Assembly (NCBI GenBank): GCA_004796375.1
Contig: QZLA01000205.1
Coordinates: forward strand, 1 to 40,184
Length of the DNA stretch: 40,184 nucleotides
DNA from: Desulfobacteraceae bacterium
GTDB lineage: Bacteria; Desulfobacterota; Desulfobacteria; Desulfobacterales; Desulfobacteraceae
Direction of reading: 5' to 3'
How positions within the stretch are numbered: the stretch's first letter is position 1; the number at the start of each line of letters is the position of its first letter. Made by a program: the position numbers and the translations under genes. Below the pieces are notes generated by a model. The model did no database searches. It had not been told where the DNA came from and saw only the letters and a list, made by a program, of their open reading frames with translations. Positions 18,015 through 26,354 of the stretch are shown one piece after another.

Positions 18015-18773
18015 ATGATTACAGAGCACAAAGGCCAGCATATCATTCTAATCGTCATGCTTATCCTTGCTTTGACTCTTTCCTATTGTGCAGTTCCTAC
18101 AAAGACGGCAAAAACATCCCATCAGGATAAAAGTCAGTCCAGATGGATTCTTCGACCCTGGCTGGCCAATCTCATCGGCGCAGGATCCGGGCAACAGTCT
18201 GCAGCCGGGACGGAAATGGCAGCACAGGGTACAGGGGATGAACACATCGAGGCCGTGGAGCCGGATCACTCAATGGCAGCGCCCGAACCGGAAACCCTGG
18301 CCAAGGCACCGGAACCCGAACCTGAAACCGCGACCCAGGCAGATGCCACAGCCGTGTCTGAAACGGTTCATGAAGCAGACACCGAAAAACGCGACGAACC
18401 CCTGGAGGAGGGTGTTATTCTGATGAATAACCCCCAGTATGCTAAACATACCAAACCGATTGCCCGGTTCACCCACCAAAAACACATTGACGAATATTCG
18501 ATATCCTGCGGGGATTGTCATCATGATGAGGCGGGAAAACCCCTCGACCTTAAACCGGGTGACCCGGTTCAAAGCTGCATAGCGTGTCACAAGGAAACCA
18601 AGATGAAGAAAGGGGAAAAGCTCAGCAAGCCGGAAAAAATCATGAAATACCACAAGGAAGCACTTCATGCCAATTGCATTGGCTGCCACAAGGCATATAA
18701 CATTGAAAATGGCGATCCCAAGGGCAAAAAACCTGCGCCTGCTTCATGCAAGGCATGTCACAAGGAAAGCTAA
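18015..18773 (+). CDS. Tetraheme cytochrome c3 (class III) with N-terminal signal/anchor and acidic Pro/Glu-rich linker
   Basis: 252 aa. There are four CxxCH motifs (CGDCH, CIACH, CIGCH, CKACH) within ~110 aa. An N-terminal hydrophobic segment is present. The linker reads APEPETLAKAPEPEPETATQADATAV. An AGGAG RBS lies 8 nt upstream. Confidence 0.8.
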   Translation: MITEHKGQHIILIVMLILALTLSYCAVPTKTAKTSHQDKSQSRWILRPWLANLIGAGSGQQSAAGTEMAAQGTGDEHIEAVEPDHSMAAPEPETLAKAPEPEPETATQADATAVSETVHEADTEKRDEPLEEGVILMNNPQYAKHTKPIARFTHQKHIDEYSISCGDCHHDEAGKPLDLKPGDPVQSCIACHKETKMKKGEKLSKPEKIMKYHKEALHANCIGCHKAYNIENGDPKGKKPAPASCKACHKES

Positions 18774-18785
18774 AGGCAGAAAAAG

Positions 18786-19515
18786 ATGATCAGCAAATCA
18801 TATCCCGAATCTGTTCAAGAGTCGGAAAAATATCTGAGAATGGCGTTGCAGAATATCTCTAAAAACAGTCTTCCTTACAATCCCATTGCCTATGCCTTGT
18901 GGTATGAGTATTTTATCGGGCGAATTGATCTTTTGAACAGTGATATCGAGTTGGTTTCTGAGAGTGAAAAGCCAATCAGCAATACAACCGTTGAGAAACT
19001 TTTTAGAAAGCACATTGCAGATCGTCAATTTCACCGGTCTGCTGAACCGCCGCGGACTGGATGACCGAACCGCAGAAATGGTATCGGTCGTTGAAAAATA
19101 TGACCCGATCTCTGCGGTGATGATTGATATCGACCATTTTAAAAAGATCAACGACGCCCACGGTCACCTGATCGGTGACAGCGTCCTGAAAAAGCTGGGT
19201 GAACTTTTAAAGGAATCTGTAAAAGGAAAGGATGTCGCTGCCCGGTATGGCGGGGAGGAGTTTATCCTGGTTCTTCCCCAGACAGGCCTGAGCGGTGCGC
19301 TTGCATTGACAGAGCAGATTCGAACCGCTGTGGAAAATATGAACTTTAAAATCAAAGAATCCGGTCAATCCATCGGCCGGATTACGATTTCCTCGGGTGT
19401 TGCATCCCTAAAAAAAGGGCAGTCGTTTGATAAACTGATTGAACAGACAGACCACCTGCTGTATCACGCAAAGAAAACCGGAAGAAATAAAACAGTTACA
19501 GAGCGTGATGCGTGA
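18786..19515 (+). pseudogene. GGDEF-domain diguanylate cyclase split by a frameshift near 19030 (or a standalone GGDEF ORF at 18940..19515 plus a small upstream ORF)
   Basis: ORF 18786..19064 (frame 0) and ORF 18940..19515 (frame +1) overlap. The second holds a complete GGDEF core (LLNRRGLDD...DIDHFKKINDAHGH...RYGGEEFILVLP). A one-nucleotide shift around 19030-19040 would join them into one ~240 aa protein, analogous to the paralog at 20167. Confidence 0.45.
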
Positions 19516-19574
19516 GACCCCCAGCATCAATGCAACATAAACTTACTATCGTTGTAACGGGCACCTTACCTGGA

Positions 19575-19976
19575 CTATCTGTACAATCCCAATGATCCGG
19601 TCAGCCGGGTAATCTCTTTTTTGGGGCCCCAAAGACAGAGTCCTGAAAAATCAAGGCGGTGATTCTCAGTGTTTGACAGCGTTGACGAATATTGCTCGTA
19701 ATCCCTGCACGACTGGGCGATCCGGTTGAAATCAATCATATCAATATGCGCCTTATCCATGCATGCCTGATAAATCTGCTTTAACGCATCGCCATCCGCA
19801 GCGAGTATGGGAATATTTTTTTCGGTAATGCCTTTATGGGTAATATTTGAACCGTCCAGACAATCCGGGCCGACGATATCGTTTCTAAAACGACCCAGCG
19901 TGATTCCCAGGACGGCAGCGGTATTGGCCACCAGACCGGCTGGAAGTTCTTGATTGACAATCATGACAATTTTCAT
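19575..19976 (-). CDS. DUF2000-family protein
   Basis: 133 aa. N-terminus MKIVMIVNQELPAGLVANTAAVLGITLG matches my recollection of the DUF2000 consensus. This assignment is unverified. Confidence 0.5.
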   Translation of the reverse strand: MKIVMIVNQELPAGLVANTAAVLGITLGRFRNDIVGPDCLDGSNITHKGITEKNIPILAADGDALKQIYQACMDKAHIDMIDFNRIAQSCRDYEQYSSTLSNTENHRLDFSGLCLWGPKKEITRLTGSLGLYR

Positions 19977-20166
19977 ATGAACGATCTCCTCCTAAATAGG
20001 GATCTGTATACCGGGTCTTTGACGGGATGAATTGTAAAAAATTGCAGCAAGGCCTCAGATGCTTTTTTATTGACAAGAGAGGCCCTGATATTTTATCCAT
20101 TACTAATACCATGCGATATGGTGTGATGACTTCAATCATAATCCGTCTTTGTGAACTGGACCCCAT

Positions 20167-21240
20167 ATGAGTAAAACCTATGCAACGCTTGAAAACCTTT
20201 TTTATCATCAGGAAGATATGCCTTCAGAGGATATCCTGTTACTGTTGAATGATATCGGTGTGCCCGAGGAGGTCTGCTGGCGGACCATCTACCGGATTAT
20301 ATTTGATCCCGGGGTAAACTTGAATGCCAACATGGACCAGGCCATCACCAGGCGTCAGCTGGAACCGGTGATGAAAAAGGCGCTCGATAATTCCCGGAAG
20401 AACGTGTACACGGATAAAGCCCTGGTCGCTTTGATTGCCGATTATCACAAAGCGACATTTTCCGTTTGTCACCAGCAGCTCTCGGACGTTCTGTCAGACC
20501 TGGACAACCTGCTCAGTGAATTCAAGTCCATGAGCCTGAGTAAGAAAGAAAAGGTTGAGGCCCTTGAGTCTGATACGATTTCAACCATCCAGTCCGATCT
20601 GTCTATCGAGGAGAAAACCCGGCTGATCAAATCCAGGTTTAAAGAAACCATTGACATGTTTCAAAAGGACATGGAAGTCCTTGACCAGAAAACCCATACG
20701 GATCACATGACCGGGCTGTATAATCGCCGCTTTTTCGATGAACAGCTTGAGATGGAAGCGATTCAGGCCTTAAAGGAGAAAACCTGGCTGAACCTGCTCA
20801 TGATTGATATCGATGATTTTAAGCGTTTCAATGATAAATTCGGACATGTGATTGGTGATCAGGCACTCAAGATCATTGCCAAACATATCCAGGGGGTGTG
20901 CAGCGATGAAACCCGTAAAACCGGTATGTTTTTTTATCCAACCCGGTACGGGGGAGAGGAATTTGCCGTCATCGTTCCTGCTGTGGACCAGAAAGATGCA
21001 TTTCATGTGGCAGAGTCTATCCGGGAAAAGGTGGCGGATTACACCTTTGTGATCCGCAATAAGGAAGGCAAGATCATGCATAAGAATCTGAATCTGACCA
21101 TCAGCGTAGGGGTGGCTGCTCTTAATCATGTGCTGGCAGATGAACTGGTCATGGAGCAGCTGGTAGAAGATGCGGACAGTGCCATGTATGAAGCTAAGAA
21201 AGCAGGAAAAAACCGGGTGAGGATCAAAGAGTTGCCGTAA
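20167..21240 (+). CDS. GGDEF-domain diguanylate cyclase with an N-terminal domain of unknown function
   Basis: 357 aa. The C-terminal GGDEF domain reads MTGLYNRRFFDEQ...IDIDDFKRFNDKFGH...RYGGEEFAVIVP (intact GGEEF A-site). An RxxD I-site-like motif is absent. Confidence 0.85.
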   Translation: MSKTYATLENLFYHQEDMPSEDILLLLNDIGVPEEVCWRTIYRIIFDPGVNLNANMDQAITRRQLEPVMKKALDNSRKNVYTDKALVALIADYHKATFSVCHQQLSDVLSDLDNLLSEFKSMSLSKKEKVEALESDTISTIQSDLSIEEKTRLIKSRFKETIDMFQKDMEVLDQKTHTDHMTGLYNRRFFDEQLEMEAIQALKEKTWLNLLMIDIDDFKRFNDKFGHVIGDQALKIIAKHIQGVCSDETRKTGMFFYPTRYGGEEFAVIVPAVDQKDAFHVAESIREKVADYTFVIRNKEGKIMHKNLNLTISVGVAALNHVLADELVMEQLVEDADSAMYEAKKAGKNRVRIKELP

Positions 21241-21268
21241 AGATCTTTGATCAATTCAAGCGTTCTTT

Positions 21269-22204
21269 TTAGAAATATTTCAATCTCAGTTCGGTTTTCC
21301 GTTGTTGGTCATTAAAGGCATAGTCCACAACGGTTCCCTGTTTGTAGATTTTGTCCCGGCCGGTAGGCAGAAGTCTGGCCTGATCCCGTACCTTCAGCAT
21401 CGCAAATCCGAAATCATCCCGGTTGATTTTGTACGGATAGGGAAAATCGCTTCGATTGATATCCCCTTTGTACTGGATCACCTGAACAGCTTTGTTTTTA
21501 TAAAAGCCGCCATTAAGCCGTTTTTGTGCCTCTTTGTCGAGGTTCAGCCTGATTTTCGAGCCGCCGTTTGAATAATCCGCAATGTTTCCGGTTACTGCAT
21601 ACTGTTTATTCAGCGTCACAATGACATGATCATGGTTGTCATCCCTTCGTTCATATCGGCGTTCAAAAAACAGCAGCAGCTCTGTGGTCAATCCGCACTT
21701 GTCATGCCAGTAGGACAGTTGTCTTGAACAGCCCTCTTCAACGGTAAACGAGACGGTATCCCCGCACATGCATTGGTATTCCCCCTGCTTGATCCCAAGG
21801 ATGTTGCTGATGGATACCCAGGTTTCAAGAGGATTGGTTTTGTGTGCGCCTGGGATGATTTTGGTGTTAAATTTAATGATCGTGGGCTGACAGGGGGAGC
21901 GGCCTTTTCGCCGGTGCTTGATGGCAAAAAATCCCGTGGGGATTTTGCCTTTTTTTAGTGAGAAAGTCGGCCTGATTTCCTGTCTGCAATCTTCGCAAAC
22001 CGCTCTGAATCTGCATTTCCCATCCTTGAGATTGATCCTGCTCTGGGTGAGGTCTATGCTCTGTATATCCTCATCCAGGAACAGGAATCGCAGGGTTTCC
22101 CTGCGTGTGGCCAGGGATGGGGGCCTTGGGGCATCTGGATCTAATTTCTTTCTTTTTGGTGCCATAAGCGATCCATTACCCGGTGATACCACGTAAATTT
22201 TCAA
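21269..22204 (-). CDS. PilZ-domain c-di-GMP receptor with Cys-rich (zinc-ribbon-like) N-terminal region
   Basis: 311 aa. PilZ motifs RRYERR ... DYSNGG (RxxxR and DxSxxG spaced ~25 aa apart) lie in the C-terminal half. The N-terminal half holds CxxC pairs (CEDCRQ, CMCGD...C). Confidence 0.55.
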   Translation of the reverse strand: MKIYVVSPGNGSLMAPKRKKLDPDAPRPPSLATRRETLRFLFLDEDIQSIDLTQSRINLKDGKCRFRAVCEDCRQEIRPTFSLKKGKIPTGFFAIKHRRKGRSPCQPTIIKFNTKIIPGAHKTNPLETWVSISNILGIKQGEYQCMCGDTVSFTVEEGCSRQLSYWHDKCGLTTELLLFFERRYERRDDNHDHVIVTLNKQYAVTGNIADYSNGGSKIRLNLDKEAQKRLNGGFYKNKAVQVIQYKGDINRSDFPYPYKINRDDFGFAMLKVRDQARLLPTGRDKIYKQGTVVDYAFNDQQRKTELRLKYF

Positions 22205-22488
22205 GGGCCGACGGAAACTGAAACCAAAGCAGGATTTCGCCCAGAACGCAGATTAGCACATCAGATCTTCGAGGTAGCTTTACGTGTCTTCCGGTAAATT
22301 GTGGGTGTTATTCTTTATATATATCCAACTTGGATGTAAATGTAAAATAAAAATCTAACAAAAAATGCAGAAAATATTTTTGTCTGTGAGGCCTGAGTTT
22401 TTGTTTTACAACCTGCGCAGAGATTGCTAAACATATTGAAAGTATTATCAGATTCTCAGGATTCTTGAATTTCACAGCACCAGTTTTT

Positions 22489-22505
22489 CCGGTCACCGTG
22501 ACCGG
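22489..22505. promoter_or_regulatory. Perfect 8-1-8 inverted repeat CCGGTCAC-c-GTGACCGG upstream of the peroxiredoxin gene (putative operator)
   Basis: Read directly from the sequence. It lies 37 nt upstream of the ATG at 22542 and ~145 nt upstream of the ATG at 22650. Confidence 0.4.
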
Positions 22506-22649
22506 ACCTGTCAAAAAAACACAACATGTAAAGGAGGGGCAATGGCAGAAGAGATCAATGCCGGTTGTACCCGGCCCACAGGCGGACCTGTGGCAGATGA
22601 AGTCGTGGAAGACACATCGGTAGACATCGTAAAAAAGGAGGCAGTGAGT

Positions 22650-23258
22650 ATGATCCAAGTGGGAAAAAAGGCGCCGGATTTCTCCGCGGCCGGTTATAAG
22701 CAGGGCGGTTTCGTGAATGTAACACTTTCAGATTATCTCGGGAAATGGGTGGTTCTGTGCTTTTATCCCGGAGATTTCACCTTTGTCTGAGCAACTGAGA
22801 TTTCAGCAGTTGCTGAAAAATATCCCGAGTTCCAGAAACTTGGCGTTGAGGTGCTGTCCATGAGTATTGACAGCATGTTTGTTCACAAGATGTGGGATGA
22901 CCATGAGCTGTCAAAAATGGTGGATGGCGGGGTGCCGTTTCCCATGCTGTCCGATGCCGGCGGTACCATCGGCACCATGTATGGTGTATATGATGCGGAG
23001 GCAGGCGTTGAGAACCGGGGGCGCTTTCTGATTGACCCGGATGGCGTTGTTCAAGGGTTTGAGGTACTGACCCCGCCCGTGGGAAGGAATGTGGGTGAGA
23101 CCCTGCGGCAGATCCAGGCATATCAGCTGGTCAGGGAATCTGAGGGCAGCCAGGCCACGCCATCGGGCTGGAGGCCCGGTAAACAGACATTGTCACCCGG
23201 CCCTGACCTGGTGGGCAATGTCTGGAAAGAGTGGAAAACATCCATGGCCTTTGATTAA
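22650..23258 (+). CDS. Selenocysteine-containing peroxiredoxin (AhpC/Prx family); in-frame TGA at 22788..22790 decoded as Sec
   Basis: ORFs 22542..22790 and 22851..23258 share a reading frame and are separated only by TGA. The TGA sits exactly at the peroxidatic-Cys position of the Prx motif (PGDFTFV-U-ATEI, versus canonical FTFVCPTEI). A 7-bp stem GCAACUG/CAGUUGC hairpin starts 1 nt after the UGA. The ATG at 22650 has the strong SD AAGGAGG; an alternative start at 22542 also has an SD. Confidence 0.75.
22791..22813 (+). promoter_or_regulatory. Bacterial SECIS-like hairpin immediately 3' of the in-frame UGA
   Basis: gcaactg (22791-22797) pairs perfectly with cagttgc (22807-22813) around a 9-nt loop, agatttcag. 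Its position right after the UGA is as expected for a SelB-binding element. Confidence 0.6.
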
Positions 23259-23803
23259 TCTTGATATTTCCTTGATACGGCTCGGTTGATCCGGTATTTT
23301 TGCCGGATCAACTGTTCAAACCCCTGGGCCAGCTCCGCCATGATCATGTTGTGATTTTCAATGAAAACAGGCCGGGCAAAAGGCGAACTCATCTTAATCC
23401 ACAGCTTTGTGGGCGCCACATCCCATATGAAGTTGATCCGGGTCCTGTTCTGAAGCCTGTAGAAGTTACAGATGCCGCTCCCCTCAAGATCTCCGGTAAC
23501 ATCAAATGCAAGAAATGAATAGGGATCAAAATCCCTGATGGTTGAGTCAAAGGTAAGGGTATAGGGCAGGTTGCCTTTCCAGGCGGTCCGGATGAGATTG
23601 CCCTGTTTCAGGTCAGGTCTGTTGCAAGACCGGTCCCTGTGGATCAGGGGCTCGACCTTTTCAAGGCTGCCGCACCAGGAGGGCCACTTCCTGTAGTCCA
23701 TCAACTCGTTCCATACTTGCTGAACCGGTGCATGGAACTGCCACCAGTTATTGAAATGATAGTGGTTGGTCTTTGAAAACAGATCATCAATACGCTCAAT
23801 CAT
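23255..23803 (-). CDS. SRPBCC-superfamily protein (polyketide cyclase/dehydrase-like lipid-binding fold)
   Basis: 182 aa. It is co-oriented with the downstream MMPL transporter and overlaps it by 4 nt. Its size and hydrophobic-pocket residues fit the family. Confidence 0.5.
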   Translation of the reverse strand: MIERIDDLFSKTNHYHFNNWWQFHAPVQQVWNELMDYRKWPSWCGSLEKVEPLIHRDRSCNRPDLKQGNLIRTAWKGNLPYTLTFDSTIRDFDPYSFLAFDVTGDLEGSGICNFYRLQNRTRINFIWDVAPTKLWIKMSSPFARPVFIENHNMIMAELAQGFEQLIRQKYRINRAVSRKYQD

Positions 23804-26121
23804 GGCTCATTTGTCTCCGGAATGGAAAGAAGCAGGTGTTTATGCAAAAGACCGGACAGCGGTCTGACGGTCAATACGATGGCAGGCAAAAAGACCAGGT
23901 CACTGACCAGGGCCACCAGGGATGCAGATGCAATGAGAATACCCAGCGCAGATACATGCTGAAATGTTGAGAACATCAGGCCGCATGCCGCCCCGAACAG
24001 CACAGCTGTCGTGGAAATCAATGCGCGGGATGTATGCCGATAGGCCTGGAATATGCAGTAATCAAGAGATTCATTGCCGGCGGACCGGGCGATTTCCCGC
24101 CTGAGCCGGAAGAGGAAGTGAATTGAATCATCCACGGACAGGCCAAATGAGATGACCGCTGCAAAAATAGTCAAAGGATCCAGCGGGATATTGAACCAGC
24201 CCATGATACCGAAAATTGCCGCCAGGGGAAACAGGTTGGGGATGAGACTTAACAGTCCCAGCCACATTGAGCGAAGGTTCAGGATCATCAAAAGGGTAAT
24301 GGCGAAACAGGCCAGGAACAGACTTTTCAATTGTGATGATACCAGATCCCGGGTCTGGGACTTGAGCAGGAGCAGCCGGCCGGCCGGAAAAGCGGAAACA
24401 GGTGGGTCAAATGACTGGGAAGCCAGCTGCATGGTCCGGGTTAAAATCTGTTCAATCTGGTCCGAGGATTCCGGGTTGATGTGGACAACCATACGGTATG
24501 TACTCAGTTGCGGGGCATAGTATGTAAGGTAGAGAGCATCCTTGCTGATCCTGGAAATCATATTCTGAAAAACAAGTTCAGGCATCATCCCTGCGGGTGT
24601 CATGGTTTTGGCCAGCTGGAAAACCAATGGGGTAAGGGAATCTATGTGCTCAATTCCGTTAACGGATGCCAGCTGTTTTTCAAATCGATACATATCATAC
24701 CAGAACTGACGCTGATTCACACGGGTCTCATCAAGCGCCAGAACAAGGGAAAAGGTGTAGGCGCCTGTCAGGCGCCGGGTGACAATTTCAAGGTCCCGTG
24801 CCTCAGGGGTGTTTTTGATCATGGGGCTGCTCAAATGCTTGACTGACATGATCCCGGGGATACCCCAGATCAGGCCTGTCAGAAACACGAATGCCATGAT
24901 GCATGACAGGAGGGGAAATTTAAATCCAAAAGAGAATACCTTTTCAACCATCAGATCCAGACCGTCCCTTCTTTTGGCGCAGATTGGATTGCCCCTGCCG
25001 CTTGAAAACAGGAGGGGAAGGAAAAAAATCTGGATAACCAGGGTGCTAAAAAAGGAGAGGCACACCCCGAGACATATGATCAATCCGGCCTGGCGAACCA
25101 TGGGTACAGGGCTGACGGCCAGGCACAGGAAACCGGCTGCTGTGGTCAGTGCACACATCAAACCGGGCTGCAAAACATCTTCAAGGGTATGTCTCATGGC
25201 CGTTAGCGGGGGGGAGGGGCCGGCGTGATGAAGATACTTTGAGGTCAGGTGAAAGGAAGTGGTGGTGGTTGCCACCAGGATAAAGCCGAAACTCATACCT
25301 GTTGCCAGGTTGATATCTGCCCCAAACAGGGCCATGACCGCCAGTGTCCAGACCAGTGATATGATACTGCTGATCAATACGAGAAGTCCGGCTTTGAATG
25401 TTTTAAAGATATAAAAGGCGGTGAGCATCCCAAAACCCAGCCCCAGAAGCCCAAAGGTCAGTGCACTGTGAAGGTTGTAGCGCTCGAATGCTGCACGCAG
25501 CACCGGCAGGCCAGCAGCCTGGCATGGGCGTTGAAAAACGTTGGAAACCACCTGCTTCATCTGTGACAGGCGGTGTTCAAACTCAAAACCGGTCAACGTG
25601 TTTTGATTCTGGTGTATGATAAATCCAAGGGTGGACAGATCTTTGGATATTAAGGTGCTCATGCCTGGGATCAGTTCTCTTGCGTGCAGAAGGGTCTGAG
25701 CAGGGTTCATGGATGAGCGGTTCAGCAGTTTGATCAATTCCTGGATACCGGAGGAACCCAGGGTGGTCACATCCCTGACACCATCAAGTGATAGCAGTGT
25801 TTGCCGCACCCTTGAGATCCGGTGCTCAATCGTCCCGGGTTCAAAGTCGGAAACAGGGCGGTCGAGGGATACTGCTAAAAGGGTGGCATCGTCGGGCTTG
25901 AATGCCTGAACAAAACGTTGATACTGCTGCAATGCGTTGAGGGGGGCGGACTCAAACGAAACACCGGTCGAATCAATATGAATCCGGCTGGCAGGGAATA
26001 TCCATACCAGGGTGAGCAGCGCCAGTAGGATCATGTGGTGCGTTCTGTATCTGATCATGTGATCAAGGATAGGCTGGCTATCCTTGAGTGATTTATTTGC
26101 AGCCGTAAACATTGTCCTCAC
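23800..26121 (-). CDS. MMPL/RND-superfamily lipid exporter (HpnN-like)
   Basis: 773 aa with two blocks of ~6 TM helices each, flanked by periplasmic loops. The sequence is typical of the MMPL family (SVDDSIHFL... region). Confidence 0.75.
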   Translation of the reverse strand: MRTMFTAANKSLKDSQPILDHMIRYRTHHMILLALLTLVWIFPASRIHIDSTGVSFESAPLNALQQYQRFVQAFKPDDATLLAVSLDRPVSDFEPGTIEHRISRVRQTLLSLDGVRDVTTLGSSGIQELIKLLNRSSMNPAQTLLHARELIPGMSTLISKDLSTLGFIIHQNQNTLTGFEFEHRLSQMKQVVSNVFQRPCQAAGLPVLRAAFERYNLHSALTFGLLGLGFGMLTAFYIFKTFKAGLLVLISSIISLVWTLAVMALFGADINLATGMSFGFILVATTTTSFHLTSKYLHHAGPSPPLTAMRHTLEDVLQPGLMCALTTAAGFLCLAVSPVPMVRQAGLIICLGVCLSFFSTLVIQIFFLPLLFSSGRGNPICAKRRDGLDLMVEKVFSFGFKFPLLSCIMAFVFLTGLIWGIPGIMSVKHLSSPMIKNTPEARDLEIVTRRLTGAYTFSLVLALDETRVNQRQFWYDMYRFEKQLASVNGIEHIDSLTPLVFQLAKTMTPAGMMPELVFQNMISRISKDALYLTYYAPQLSTYRMVVHINPESSDQIEQILTRTMQLASQSFDPPVSAFPAGRLLLLKSQTRDLVSSQLKSLFLACFAITLLMILNLRSMWLGLLSLIPNLFPLAAIFGIMGWFNIPLDPLTIFAAVISFGLSVDDSIHFLFRLRREIARSAGNESLDYCIFQAYRHTSRALISTTAVLFGAACGLMFSTFQHVSALGILIASASLVALVSDLVFLPAIVLTVRPLSGLLHKHLLLSIPETNEP

Positions 26122-26354
26122 ATTTTAAAAACAGGTGTCATCTCTGCCCGGTTCCATATTTTTCTGACCCCTTCTATCGTGTCTATTCCAACAAATCAAT
26201 TGAAACCAGGGTGTTGGAAAATTTAATCGGTTGCAAAAATTCATAAATTCGTGTAAATATAACATCTTTTTGCCTGATCCCTGATGTCTGGCTCCCGGCC
26301 GTTCTCATATCACCGTATTCAATAATAATAAGGAACTAAATTTTAAGGAAAACG

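Noticed and set aside
22788-22790. Reading the TGA in the peroxiredoxin as a genuine stop (two separate genes or a pseudogene)
   Set aside because: Both fragments share a frame. The TGA falls exactly on the invariant peroxidatic Cys codon of the FTFVCPTE motif. A perfect stem-loop follows immediately. Sec-Prx is an established bacterial selenoprotein family in Deltaproteobacteria. Sec decoding is the more parsimonious reading.
23281-23308. Perfect 10-bp stem hairpin GTTGATCCGG-tatttttg-CCGGATCAAC just after the peroxiredoxin stop
   Set aside because: It lies inside the C-terminal coding sequence of the convergent SRPBCC gene (encoding ...LIRQKYRIN...). It is not followed by a U-tract on either strand. 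It may give some transcriptional pausing, but it is not a canonical intrinsic terminator.
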